DNA of 64,000 nucleotides from Felis catus (taxonomy: Eukaryota), in NCBI RefSeq assembly GCF_018350175.1, contig NC_058373.1:106208001-106272000 (forward strand), read 5' to 3'. The notes under the pieces were generated by a model. That model was not told the DNA's origin and did not search any database. It worked only from the letters and a program-made list of their open reading frames with translations. How positions within the stretch are numbered: the stretch's first letter is position 1; each line of letters begins with the position of its first letter. This document shows, one piece after another, positions 22,180 through 36,337 of the stretch. Both the position numbers and the translations under genes were made by a program.

Positions 22180-24459
22180 TCAGGACACCAGTGTATTAGA
22201 TTGCCCTGAACCACATTCAGAGATGGGGGTCTAATTAATTCCTGCATTATCAGCAGAGGCTATGTGGGAAAACTTGATGTTTAAAACTCCACAGTTGATT
22301 CGCTTCTGGGAAGATGGTGCAGAAAGAGGATGCTGAGCTTATCTCAACCCATGGACACACTGAGCCACATCTGTGTAACTATCTGTGAAAGTGGCCTGAA
22401 AACTGGCAGAACAGACTTTCACAGAGAGGGGCCACCCTGAAAAGGGTAGGGGTGGTAGAGACTGGTTAGGAACCCAAACCATGGCAAAAATAACCACAAA
22501 CAGGAGAGACACCACAAGAAGCCAGAGGAACAGACCCCATACCAGGCACCCCAGGCATGAGGGACTCACAGTGGGAAGACAAGTCTCCATAATATTGCAC
22601 TTTGAAAAACAGTGGGGTTTAACTTCTTGAGTCTTTACGATCATCAGGGTTTACTTCCAGTACTTTAAAAAACAGTAGGCTTAGCTTTGGAAGAGCTGGA
22701 GGACAATAGGAAACTGAGTCCCCACCCTTAAAGAGTCAGCATAACAAATGACACAACATAGAAACAACTGTTTCAAAAGTAAATCTATGCAGATGTATTT
22801 ACTAATCTCAGAATGTATGCAGAACGCCCCCAGTCAGAGAAAAAGGGATCTTTAGGAGACCGTTATAGAACAAAAGTGCTAGCGGACGCCATTTCTCTTC
22901 CTCCCCCCGCCACCCCATGCTAGTTGGCCAGACACTTGCAGGAAACAGCAGGAATGTTCTCCACCTATCTTGCTGGCAACTAGTGCCCTGCCCCTACATT
23001 CCTGTGCAGATCAGCCACTCAATCTGCCCTACTCCAAAGGCATCCCTCGAAAATGGCTCCAACCATGACGCCAACCATGACACCCTGCAAAACAATCCCA
23101 GCAGAGACCGGCACCACTCCAAAGTGACTCCTTCCCTGGGGAGAGAGGAAGATATCCACACATACCAGTGTACCCACAGTCCCAGTAGCTGAACCTTATG
23201 GCAGCAGCACAATGAGAGTATGCCACTGATCAGTGAGACTGCAGCCCCAGCAGACAGACTGGGGGCAGGCATCTGGATCGGAGTGTGGGCCACACGCACC
23301 ATAAAGCCTCTCAGAGGATGAGGGGGAGCACCCTACAGTTCTATGCAACTATAGCTTCAGCAGACAGACTGAGAGCAGGCGTCTGGTCTGAATGCTGACA
23401 CCACCTAACTAGAAGCCATCAACAGCCCCAGACTGTCTCTTTAACGGCACAGAGACCAAACCCTTCCTGGTGCACCGACAGCAGGCAAAAAGGGCCATTA
23501 CAACTGACCTGACTGAAGGCAAACATGGCTCAGCCACAATAGTGGGCTGCACGCAACCCACAAAGGAGATGCCACTGAAATGCCTGGTTCTGCTGAACAG
23601 GGAGCACTGCATCACAGGACACCATAGGACCTCTTCTTCATAAGGCCACTACTTGTAGCTGAGTTTTCTAATACATAATAAGAAACAGAGTTAGACAGAA
23701 TGAGGAGACAGAGGACTATGTCCCAAATGAAAGAACAGGATAAAACCACAGCAAAAGAGCCAAATGAAACAGAAATAAGTAACATGCGTGATAAACAACT
23801 CCAAGTAATGGTCATAAAGATATTTACTGGACTTGAGAAAAGAGTGGAAGAGCTCAGAGAGACCTTCAATAGAAATACAAAATATAAACAGAACCAGTCA
23901 GAGTGAAGAACTCAATAACTGAAATAAAAAATATACTAGAGGCAATCCATAGCAGACTACAGGAGGCAGAAGAACAAATCAGTGATATGGATGGATGCAT
24001 GTTATGGAAAACAGCCAAGCTGAACAGTAAACAGAAAAAAAATATAATAAAAAATGAGAACAGGCTAAGGCAACTCAGTGATATCATCAAGCATAATAAT
24101 ACTCACATTATAGGGATCCCAGAAGAAGAAGAGAGAGAGAAGGGAGCAGAAAATTTAGTTGAAGACATAATAGGTGAAAACTTCCCTAATCTGGGGAAGG
24201 CAACAGACATCTAGATCCAGGAGGTATAGAGAACCTTCAACAAAATTAAACCCAAAGAGATCCACACATAGTAATTAAAATGGCAGAAAGTAGTGATATA
24301 TATAGATTTTTAAAAGCAGTAAAAAAAAATTTTTTAATTAATGAAGTAAAATAAAACAGTTAAATACGAGGGAAACTCCATAAACCTATCAGGTGTTTTT
24401 TCAGCAGAAACTTTGCGGAACTGAAGGGAGTGGCATGATATATTCAAAGTGCTGAAAGA

Positions 24460-24568
24460 GGGGCATCTGGCTGTCTCAGTCAGTAGAGCATGTGGCTCTT
24501 GATCTCTGGGTCATGAGTTCAAACCTCATGTTGGGCTTAGAGCCTACTTAAAAAAAAATAAAAGTGAA
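24460..24568 (+). mobile_element. Short Can-SINE (no CT tract) in L1-B
   Basis: TSD tcaaagtgctgaaaga. Confidence 0.88.
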
Positions 24569-26635
24569 ATCAAAGTGCTGAAAGAAAAAAAAATGCAACC
24601 AAGAATAGTCTTCTCAGCAAGTATGTTATTCATAATTGAAGGAGAGAGAAAGAGTTTCCCAGACAAACAAAGTTAAAGGAGTTCATGAGCACTAAAGAGG
24701 CCTTACAAGAAATGTTAAAGGGAACTCTTTGAGTAGAAAAAAAAACCCCAGCATATCAGGAGTATGAAAACTATGAAAGGAAAAAATTTCACAGGGAAAT
24801 GCAAACATATAATAAAAGTACATTAATCACTTATAAAACCAGTAAGGAGGTAAAACACAAAAGCAGTAAAATCAATTATATTTATAAAAATCAGTCAAGG
24901 GATACACAAAATTTTAAAAATATAAAGTATGACATCATATACATAAACATGGGGGTTAGTAGAAATTCAGTGCTTTTAGAGTGGGTTCAAATTTAAGTGA
25001 CCATCAACTTAATATGGAGTACTATACACATAAGAAATTATACGTAAACCCAATGGTAACCACAAATCAAAAACCTGTAACAGACACACAAAAAATAAAA
25101 GAGAAATGAATCAAAGCAGAACACTAAAGCTTTCAAACTCTAAGGGAAGTGAACAAGAGAAGAAGAAAGGAACAACCATGAAACAGGTAACAAAAATGGC
25201 AATAAGTACACACCTATCAATAATTACTTTGTGTGTAAATGGACTATATGCTCCAATTTAAAACCATAGAGTGAATGAATGGATAAAAAACAAAGACCCA
25301 TCCATATGCTGCCTATAACAGATTCACTTCAGACCTAAAGACACATACAGAATGAAAGTAAAGGGATAGAAAAACATAGAATAGAAGCAAAAAGAAAGCT
25401 GAAGTAGCAATGTTTATATTGAGCAAAATAGACTTTAAGACAAAGACCAAACCAAGAAACAAAAAAGGACACTACATAATGATAAAGGGAGTAATCCAAT
25501 AAGAGGTTATAACATTTGTATCAAACAAGAGGGTATAGCAATTGTAAATATCCATGCACCCAACATGGGAATACCTACATAAGGCAACTATTAACAAACA
25601 GAGGAAGAAACTGTTTCTTTCTATTATTGTTGTATAATAATAGCAGGGGACTTTAATACTCCACTTGCATCAATGGATACACCATCCAGACAGAAAATCA
25701 ACAAGGAAACAGCTTTGAATGACACATTAGGCCAGACAGACCTGACAGGTACATTGAGAACATTTCATACAAAAACAGTGGATTACACATGGAAACTTCC
25801 CCAGAATAGATTATATCTTAGGCCATAAAACAAGTGTCAATAAATCAAAAAAGTCTGAAATCAAATCACACATCTTTTCTTACCACAGCAATTTGATACT
25901 AGAAATCAATCGCAAGAAAAAAATCTGGAAAGAACATAAATACATGGACTTAAATAAACTACTGAACAATGAATGGGTCAACCAAGGTATCAAAGAGGAA
26001 ATAAAAAAATACATGAGACAGATGAAAACACAGTGGTCTAAAATCCTTGGGATGCAGGAAAAGCTCTTCTCAAAGGAAAGATTACAGTAACAGAGGACTA
26101 CCTCAAGAAGCAAGAAAAATGTCAAATAAAAAACTTTACCTTACACCTAAAGGAGCTAGAAAAAGAACAAAGCCCAAAGCCAGTAGAAGGAAGGAAATAA
26201 TAAAGATTAGAGCAGAAATCAATGAAATAGAAACTAAAAAAACAATAGAACAGATCAATGAAATCATGACCTGGGCCTTTGAAAAGATCAATGGAATTGA
26301 TAAACTGCTAGCTAGACTCATCCAAAAAAAAAAAAAAAAAAAAAGAAGACCCCCCCCCAAAAAAACCCAGAAATGAATGAGTAGAAATAACAATGGACAC
26401 CACAGAAATACAAGGGATTATAAGAGAATATTGTGAAAAATTACATGCCAAAAAATTGGACAACCTACAAAAAAATGGATATATTCATAGAAACATATAA
26501 CGTCCCAAAACTAAATCAGAAAAAATAGAAAACCTGAACAGATCAATTACTATCAATGAAATGAAATCAATAATCAAAACACTCCCAATAAACTAAGTCC
26601 AGGACCAGATGGCATCAAGGCTGAATTCTACCAAA

Positions 26636-26873
26636 TTTTTTTTTTTAGTTTGTTTGTTTGTTTGTTTGTTTATTTATTTATTTTATAGAGAGAAAGAGAA
26701 ACTGTGAGCAGAGGAGGGGAAGAGAGAGAGGGATAGAAAGAGAGAATCCCAAGCAGGCCCCATACTGTCAGTGCAGAGCCTGACACAAGGCTTGAACCCA
26801 TGAACTGTGAGATAATGACCTGAGCCGAAATTAAGAGTTAGATGCCTAACCGACTAAGCCACCCAGGAGTCCC
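26636..26873 (-). mobile_element. Can-SINE in L1-B
   Basis: TSD tctaccaaa. Confidence 0.9.
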
Positions 26874-28538
26874 TCTACCAAACATTTAAAGAAGAGTTAA
26901 TACCCATTCTTCTCAAACTATTCCAAAAAATAGAAAAAGAAGGGAAGTTTCCAAATTCATTCATTTTGATAGCAAAACCAAATAAAGACATTATAAGAAA
27001 AAGAATCTACAGACTAATATCTCTGATGAACACAAATGTAAAAATCCTCAACAAATTATTAGCAAACTGGATCCAACAGTACTTTTATTCCAGGGATGCA
27101 AGCATGGTTCAATATTCATAAATCAATCAATGTGATACATCACATCAACAAAAGAACAGAGAAAAACCATAGGATCATCTCAATAAATGCAGAGAAAGCA
27201 TTTGACAAAACACAACATCCATTTGTGATAAAACCTCTCAACAAAGTAGGTCAAGAAGGAACATACCTCAATATAGTAAATGCCATATATGAAAATCCCA
27301 CAGCTAACATCTTACTAAATGGTGAAAAACTGAGAAATTTTCCTCTAAGATCAGGAACAAGACAAGGATGTTCACTTTCACCACTTTTATTCAACATAGT
27401 GCTAGAAGCCCTAGCCACAGCAATCAGACAAGAAAAAAGAAATAAAAGATATCCAAATCAGTAAGGAAGAAGTAAAAATCTCATGATTTACAGATCACAT
27501 AATACTATATACAGAAAACCCTAAAGACTACTACAATTGATAAATGAACTCAGTCAAGTCACAGGATACAAAATTTATTCACATAAATCTGTTGTATTTC
27601 TAAACATTAATAATGAAGTAGCAGAAAGTAAAATTAAAAAAACAATCCCATTTACAGTTACATCAAAAACAATAAGATCCATAGGAATAAACTTAACCAA
27701 GGGGGTGAAAGACCTGTACTCTGAGAGCTATAAAAACACTGATGGAAGAAATGGAGGATGACACAAACTAATGAAACAATATGCCATGGTCATGGGTTGG
27801 GAGAACAAATATTGTTAAAATGCCCATACTACCCCCAAAAAATCATAAATTTAATACAGTCTCTATCAAAACAAAAACACTTTCCATAGAACTGGAATAA
27901 ATAATTCTAAAATTTGAATAGAACCACAAAAGACTCCAAACTGACGAAGTAATCATGAGAAAGCAAATGAAGCTGGAATTATCACAATTCCAGATTTTAA
28001 GAGACACTACAAGGCTGCAGTAATCAAAACAGTATGGTACTGGCACAAAAAGAGACACAGATCAATGGAAAAATAGAGAACCCAGAAATAACCCATGCTT
28101 ATATGGCCAATTAATCTATGACAAAGAAGGCATGAGTATACAATGGGGAAAAGACAGCCTCCTCAATAAATGGTACTGAGAAAACTGAACACCTTACATG
28201 CAAAAGAATGAAACTGGATCACTTTCTTACCCTAAACACAGAAATAAACACAAAATGTATTAAAGACCTAAATGTCAGACTGAAAACCATAAAATTACTA
28301 AACAAAAACATAGGCAGTAATTTCTTTCACATCAGCCATAGAAACATTTTCCTAGATAGGTCTCCTCAAGCCAGGGAAACAAAAACAACAATAAACTATT
28401 GGGACTACATCAAAATAAAACATCTTTACACAGTGAAGGAAATCATCAAAACAAAAGGCAACCTACTGAATGCAAGAAGATATTTGCAAATGATATATCT
28501 TATAAGGGGTTAATATCCAAAATATATATAAAGAACTT

Positions 28539-28748
28539 TTTTTTTTAAATGTTTAGTTTTGAAAGGCAGAGAGACAGAACACTAGTGGAGGAGGGGCAGA
28601 GAGAGCGGGAGAGATAATCTATCTGCAGCAGGCTCCAGGCTCTGAACTGTCAGCACAGAGTCCGACATGGGGCTCGAACTCATGAACTGCAAGATCATGA
28701 CCTGAGCTAAAGTTGGACGCTTAACTGACTGAGCCACACAGGTGCCCC
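28539..28748 (-). mobile_element. Can-SINE in L1-B
   Basis: TSD tatataaagaactt. Confidence 0.92.
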
Positions 28749-30980
28749 TATATAAAGAACTTACAAAGCCCAACACCAAACAAGCAAACTAACAATCTGG
28801 TTAAAAAATGCACAGAGGACCTGAATAGACATTCTTCCAAAGAAGACACACACATGGCCAACACACACACGAAAAGATGCTCAACATCTCCAATTATCAG
28901 GGAAATGCAAATCAAAACTACAATGAGAAATGGTGGAATAGGAGAATCCTAAGCACACTTCATCCCACAGATACACCTAGATAACACCCACATCGGTGCA
29001 AATACCTCACTGAACAACCCCAAAACTGTCAGAACAGACTCCACAGCTAAATGTAGAGAAGAGGCCACAATGAAGAGGAGAGGAAGGGCAGAGACATGAT
29101 CAGGAGCCAAACTGATCCGTGGGAGGAAGGGACACCACAAGCATACAGAGGGAAGAGGAAAAGACTCCTCACCAGGCACCCCAGGCAAAGGGGACCAGCA
29201 TTAGGAAGACATATTCCTGTAACATATGGCTTTGAAAACCAGTAGAGTCTAACTTTGTGAGTTCTTACAGTTAGTGTGTTTACGAATCAGTGGGTTGGGC
29301 TCTGGGATGGCTAGAGAACAATAGAAAACTGAGTTCCTGCCCTTAAGGACAAAGCCCAACAAACAGCCCAGCTGACATACAGCATGGAAGCAGCAGTTTT
29401 AAAAATGCCTGGGGCATACAGGAAGGATATTTATTTATTCATCTCAGAACTGTGCTGTAAGGACAGGGATGGTTGAGCGATTTCTCCAAGAAAAAGAGAG
29501 CTGGCAAGCACCATTTCCCTTCCCACCCCCTCCCACCCCAGACTAGATACATAAACACCCTCAGGAACCAGCACAGCGCAAATGCTTTCCACCTAGTTTG
29601 CTCTTCCTCAAACCTCTCCCCTCCAACTTGGTGAGGCAATTTTCTAAAGTGGCTCCAGGTCCCCTTCCACAGCAGACTGGCAGTGACCTTGCTGGCACCA
29701 CATGCCCCCCCCTGCATTTTCTGCAGAGCAGCCCTTGGCAGTTGTCTAGGCCACAAGTTCTCTCCTGCAGCAGACCAGTGCACAACTTTCTAACAATGTG
29801 CACCCACCCCCACATGCTCTTATGGACTTGTCCTTGGCAGGAGTCCGTCCAAAGTGGTGCCACAAGCTGACAGTGTGCAAGCAGCCCCAATGGGGACAGC
29901 ACCACTCCAAAGTGACTCCTGTTCCTGGAAGTGGGGAAGATAACTGCATACATTAGTCTGAAACCCCAGCAGTGGGCTGGGGGCAGACATATGGTTTACC
30001 TTCAGGTCTCATCCACCAATGAAAGCTTCTCAGAGGACAATACAGGGAGAGCACCTTGGCGTTCAGTGCTACCACACCTCTGGAAAATGCCTGGTCTGAC
30101 TCAGCTCAAGTCCACAGCAGCCCTAAACTGGCCCATGAACAACACAGGGATCAAGTCCTGCCAACAACAAGCAGAGAGAGCCACTGAAGACACCTGGACT
30201 AAAGGCAAATGCAGCTCCAACACAGAAGTAGGGTACATGCAACACATGTAGGAGATACCCGTGAAGTGCCAGGTTCTTGTGAACAAGGGACACTGCACTA
30301 CAGGGCACTACAGGACTCTTCTTCATAAGGCCACTGCTTTCAAGATCAGGATATGCAGCTGACTTTCTTAATACAGAGGAACAGATACCCAGAGTTCAGC
30401 AAAGTGAGGAGACAGAGGAATATGTCCCAAATGAAAAAACAGGACAATATCACAGCAAGAGACCTAAATCAAATGGAAATAAGTAATATGCCTAATAGAG
30501 AATTTAAATCAATGGTCATAAAGATACTCACTGGACTGGAGAAGAGTGGAGGGCGCCAGTGAGACCCTCAACAAAGAGAAAACATAAAAGGAAATCAGAG
30601 ATGAAGAACACAATAACTAAAATAAAAAATATGCTAGTGGGAATACTTGGTAGACTAGAGGAAGCAGAAGAATGGATCAGTGACCTGGAGGATAGAGTAA
30701 TGGAAAGCAATCAAGCTGAACAGGAGAGAGAGAGAGAAAAAAGACTAACAAAAATGAAAATAGATTAAGGAAATTCAATGACACCATCAAGCATTAAAAC
30801 ATTCGTGATATAGGAATCCCAGGAGAAGAGACAGAAAAGAGGGCAGAAAATTTATTTGAAGATATAAGAGTTGAAAACATCACTAATCTGGGGAAGGAAA
30901 TATACATCCAGATCCAGGATGCACAGAGAGCCACTCCCCCCCAAATCAATCCATAGATATCCACATCAAGATACATAGTA

Positions 30981-31095
30981 GGGGCACCTACTATGGGTTA
31001 AGTATCCAGCTTTGGCTCAGGTCATAATCTCTCAGTTTGTGAGTTCAAGTCCTGCATCCAGCTCTGTGCTGACAGTGAGGAGCCTGCTTGGGATT

Positions 31096-31131
<36 letters not shown>

Positions 31132-31212
31132 CTACCCCACTTGTGTGCTCTCTCTCTCTCTCTCTTTCAAAAATAAGTAAATAAACTTGAAAAAAATAAA
31201 GTTAAAAAAAAA
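30981..31212 (+). mobile_element. Can-SINE in L1-C
   Basis: Rearranged head, (CT)n and A tail. Confidence 0.9.
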
Positions 31213-34200
31213 GACACCTAATAATTAAAGTGGTAGAAAGCAGTGATAGAGAATATTTAAAGCAGCGAGAAAAAGGAAACAGTTGCATACAAGGAAAACC
31301 CCATAAGGCCATCAGCTGATTTTTCAGCAGAAACATTGCATGCCAGAAGGGAGGGGCTGATATACTCAAAGTGCTAAAAGGAAAAAGCCTGCATCCAAGA
31401 ATAATCTACTCAGGAAGGCTATCATTCAGAAAGGAGTTTGGATAGTTTCCCAGACAATCTAAAGTTAAAGGAGTTTATGACCACTAAACCAGCCTTACAA
31501 GAAATGTTGAGGGGAATTCTTTGAGTGGAAAGGAAAGACCATAAGCAGGAGTAAGAAAAATAGGAAGCACAAAAGTAGTAAAATTAAGCATATCTATATA
31601 AATCATTTAAGGGATTCACAAAATAAAAGGATATGAAGTATAATACCATATACCTAAAACATTGGGGCAGGGGGAAGGACTAAAACTTGACTGCTTTTAG
31701 AATAGGTTCAAACTTAAGTGACCATCAACTTAATATAGACTTCTATATGTATAAGATGTTATACATAAACCTAATGGTAACCACAAATCAAGAACTGGTA
31801 ATAGATATGCAAAAAATAAACAGAAAAAATCCAAGTATATCACTTAAAAAAGCCAGCATACTGTGAGAATAAAGCAAGAGAAAACAAGAACAGAGAAGAA
31901 TTACAAAACAACCATACAAGTAACAAAATAGCAGTAAGTACATACCTATCAATAATTACTTTGAATGTAAATGGACTAAACACTCTAATCAAAAGACATA
32001 GGGTGATGGAATGGATAAAAAAGCAAAACCCATCTGTATGCTGCCTACAAGAGACTCATTTCGGACCTAAAGATACATGCAGATTAAAAGTGATGGAAAA
32101 GCATTTGTCATACAAATGGAAGTGAAAAGAAAGCCAGGGTAGTAATACTTATACTGGACAAAATAGACTTTAAAGCAAAGACTCTAACAAGAGGCAAAGA
32201 AAGACATCATGTAATCATAAAGGGAACAATCAACAATGGGGATATTTGTAAATATTTCTGCACCCAACATGGAAGACACAAATACATAGCAGTTAATAAC
32301 AAATATAAGAAAGTAATCAATAGTAATAGAATAATAGGAGACTTAAATACCCCCCTTGCATCAATGGCTAGATCATCCAAACAGAAAATCAATATGGAAA
32401 CAGTGGCTTTGAATGACACATTGGACCAGATGGATTTAACAGATATATTCAGAATATTCCATTCTAACACAGTGGAATACAAATCCTTTTCAAGTGCACA
32501 TGGGACATTTATCAGAATAGATCACATGTTAGGCCACAAAACAAGTCTCAACAAATTCAAAAAGACTGAAGTTATTACCATGCATCCTTTCTGACCACAA
32601 TGCTATGAAACTAGAAATTAACCACAAGAAACATTTGGAAGGAACACAAATACATGGAGCTTAAGTAACATGCTACTAAACAGTGACTGGATCAACCAAG
32701 AAATCAAAGAGGAAATTTAAAAAAAAAAGTGGAGAGAAATGAAAAATGAAAAATGGAAACATAACAGTCCAAAATTTTTGATATGCAGCAAAAGCTGTTC
32801 TAAGAGGGAAGTTTATAGCAATACAAGCTTTATTCAAGCTTTACACATAAAGGAGCTAGAAAAAGAAGAACAAAGCCAAAAATGAGTAGAAGGAAGGGAA
32901 TAATAAAGATTAGAGCAGAAATAAATGAAATAGAAACTGAAAAAAAAAAAACAATAGAACAGATGAATAAAATCAGGAGCTGGTTCTTTGAAAAGATCAA
33001 CAAAATTGATAAACCTTTGGCCAGACTCATCAAAAATAAAAAAATAAAATAAAGAGAGAGAGAGAAAGGACTCAAACAAAATCAGAAATGAAAGAGGAGA
33101 AATAACCACAGAAATACAGAGGATTGCAGGAGAATATCATGAAAACTCATATGCCAACAAATTAGACAACCTAGCAGAAATGGAAGCAAATAACTTTCCA
33201 AACTATATAACTTCCCAAAACTAAATCAAACATTCAAAAAAAAAAAGTTAATACCTATTCTTCTCAATCTATTCCAAAAAAAAAAGAAAAAGAAGGAAAG
33301 CTTCCCAATTCATTCTATGAGGCCAAGTACCACCCTAATACCAAAACCGGATAAAAGCACTATAAAAAAAGGAAGCTACAGACCATTATCTCTGATGAAC
33401 ACAGATGCAAAAATCTTCAACAAAACATCAGCAAACTGGATCCAACAGTACATGAAAAAATTATTCACCAGGATCAAGTGGGATTTATTCCTGGGAGGCA
33501 AGTGTGTTTCAATATTTGCAAATCAATTAACATGATACATCACATCAACAAAGAAATGGAGAAAAATCATATGATCATATAATCATTTCAATAGATACAG
33601 AAAAAACATTTGACCAAGTGCAATATCCATTCATGATCAAAATCCTCAACAAAGATGTGAAGAGAACATACTTCAAACATAAGAAAGGCCTTATATGAAA
33701 ACCCCACAGCTAACATCAGACTCAATGGTAAAAAACTGATAGCTTTCTCCCTAAGATAAGGAACAATACAAGGACATCCACTCTCACGTTTTTTTAACAT
33801 AGTACTGGAAGTCTGAACCACAGCAATCAGACAAGAAAAAGATATAAAAGGCACCCAACTTGGTAAGGAAAAAGTAAAAATGTCACTATTTGCAGATGAC
33901 ATGACACTCTACATAAAAGCCCTGAAGAATTCACCAAAAACTACTAGAATGGATACATGGATTCAGCATGTTTGCAGGATGCAAAATCAGTATACAACCC
34001 ATTGCATTTCTATACACCAATAATGAAGTAGCAGAAAGAGAAATTAAGAAGATAATCCCATTTACAATTGTACCAAAAATAATAAAATACCTAGGAATAA
34101 ACTTAACCATGGAGGTGAAAGACCAGGACTATAAAACACCAATGAAAGAAATTGAAGATGACAGAAACAAATGGAAAGATATTCCATGCTCATGGATTGG

Positions 34201-35119
34201 GAGAACAAATATTGTTAAAATGTCCATACTACCCAAAGCAATCTACAGATTTAATACAATTCCTATCAAAATACCAACAGCATCTTTCACAGAGCTAGAA
34301 TTAGATCATCCTAAAATTTGTATGGAACTGCAAAAGATCCCGAATAGCCAAAGTAATCATAAAAAGGACTGGGGGTATCACAATTACAGATTTCAAGATA
34401 TACTACAAAGATATTCTACTAGATCTTGAAATCACAGATTTCATATCCTATAAGATATACTACAGATTACTACTGTTCTGTAGTAATCAAAACAGTATGG
34501 TACTGGCACAGATAGACATAGAGACCATCAGAACAGAATAGAGAGCCGAGAAATTAGAACACAATTGCATGGTCAATTAATCTTTGACAAGGGAGGCAAG
34601 AATATGCAAAAGATGGTCTTCAACAAATGGTGATGGGAAAACTGAACATCTACATGCAAAAGAATGAACTAGATCACTCTTAAACCATAGACAAAAATAA
34701 ACTCAAAATGCATTAAAGACCCAAATGTAAAACCTGAAACCAGAAAAATCCTAGAAGAGAGTACAGGCAGTAACTTCTCTGACATCAGCTCCTGAGGCAA
34801 GGGAAACAAAAGCAAAAATAAACTATTGGGACTACATCAAAATAAAAAACTTCCACACAGCAAATGAAACAATCAACAAAACTGAACGAGAGCCTAATGA
34901 AGAGGAGGAGATATTGCAAATGACATACCAATGGAGGTTTAGCATCCAAAAATAGAAAGAACTTCTACACTCAACACTAAAAAAACCAAGTAATCCAATT
35001 TAAAAATGGGCAAAAGACATGAATAGACATTTCTCCCAAGACATACAGATGGCCAACAGACACATGAAACGATGCTCAACATCATCCATCATCAGGGAAA
35101 TGCAAACCAAAAACATGAG

Positions 35120-35332
35120 TGGGATGCCTGGGTGACTCGGTTGAGCATCTCCTTCTTGATTTTGGCTCAGGTCATGATCTCGCAGTTTGTGGGATCAAGC
35201 CCCTCATTAGGCTCTGCACTGACAGCACAGAGCCTGCTTGGGATTCCCTCTCTCCCTCTCTCTCTCTCTCTCTGCCTCTCCCCCACTTGTGCTCACTCCC
35301 TCTCAAAATAAACAAACATTAAAAAAAAAAAA
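35120..35332 (+). mobile_element. Can-SINE in L1-C
   Basis: Head, (CT)n and A tail; approximate TSD ...catgag. Confidence 0.9.
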
Positions 35333-35586
35333 CCCAAACCATGAGATATCACTTCACACCTGTCAGAATGGCTAAAATAAAAAACTCAAGAAACAACAAG
35401 TGTTGGCAAGAATGTGGAGGAAAAGGAATACTTGGGCACTGTTGGTAGGAATGCAAACTGGTACAGCCACTGTGGAAGACAGTATGGAGATTCCTCAAAA
35501 AATTAAAAATAGAACTACCCTACAATCCAGCAATTGTACTACTGGATATTTGCCCAAAGAATATGAAAATGCTAATTCAAAGTGAT

Positions 35587-35660
35587 GTATCCATATCCAT
35601 ATCCATATCTCTATATCTATCTCTATATCTCTATATCTATATTTATACCTACATCTATCT
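35587..35660. repeat. (CATATC/TATATC)n hexamer microsatellite in L1-C
   Basis: tatccatatccatatccatatctctatatctatctctatatc... Confidence 0.85.
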
Positions 35661-35896
35661 CCTATGTTTATTGCAGCATTATTAACAATAGACAAGATAT
35701 GGAAGCAACCAAATTGTCCATGGATTGATGAATGGATTTAGAAGATGAGGTACATATGTACAATGGAATGTTACTCAGTCATTAAAACGAATGAGATCTT
35801 GCCATTTGTGACAACATGGATGGACCTGGATTGTATAATGCTAACTGAAATAAGTCAGAGAAAGACAAATACCATATGACTCACTCTTAAATGACA

Positions 35897-36116
35897 TTTA
35901 AATTTTTTTTTCAACGTTTATTTATTTTGGGGACAGAGAGAGACAGAGCATGAACGAGGGAGGGGCAGAGAGAGAGGGAGACACAGAATCGGAAACAGGC
36001 TCCAGGCTCTGAGCCATCAGCCCAGAGCCTGACGCGGGGGCTCGAACTCACTGACCACGAGATCGTGACCTGGCTGAAGTCGGACGCTTAACTGACTGTG
36101 CCACCCAGGCGCCCCC
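35897..36116 (-). mobile_element. Can-SINE, young SINEC_Fc type, with no recognisable TSD
   Basis: Body closely matches the other young copies; left and right flanks differ. Confidence 0.93.
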
Positions 36117-36337
36117 AGAATAAGAGATCTAAAAAGAACCTTAGGAAGCATCATCCCATCTCTACCTCATGAATAAGAAAACTGAGGTCCTCCCCCCCAA
36201 GGATATGCTCATGATTACATGTTAGTTGCATCTAGAGTCTCGCTCTCTGTATACACACGCGCACACAGACTGTATTATGGTTTGTATATATCAGTATTCC
36301 AATAAAAGCAAGAAGAATGAATACACTGACTCTTTAC

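Larger units (their letters stand above)
22303..28928 (+). mobile_element. Decayed carnivore LINE-1 (L1-B); 5' end present, 3' end missing
   Basis: 5'UTR start gggaagatgg; ORF1 (MRRQRTMSQMKEQDK; IIGIPEEEEREKG); ORF2 RT ([16 protein letters not shown]). Stops abruptly at ...aaaactacaatgaga. Confidence 0.92.
28929..35890 (+). mobile_element. Decayed carnivore LINE-1 (L1-C), directly following L1-B
   Basis: New 5'UTR begins atggtggaataggagaatcctaag; ORF1, endonuclease and RT (tttgcagatgac = FADD at ~33889). Ends near the ORF2 terminus with no 3'UTR. Confidence 0.92.

Noticed and set aside
24460..24568. tRNA-like sequences (also 36995, 62965)
   Set aside because: A-rich tails, TSDs in two of the three copies and divergence indicate short Can-SINEs rather than tRNA genes.
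22303..35890. Possibly active L1 elements
   Set aside because: ORF1 and ORF2 are broken by stops, frameshifts, deletions and SINE insertions.
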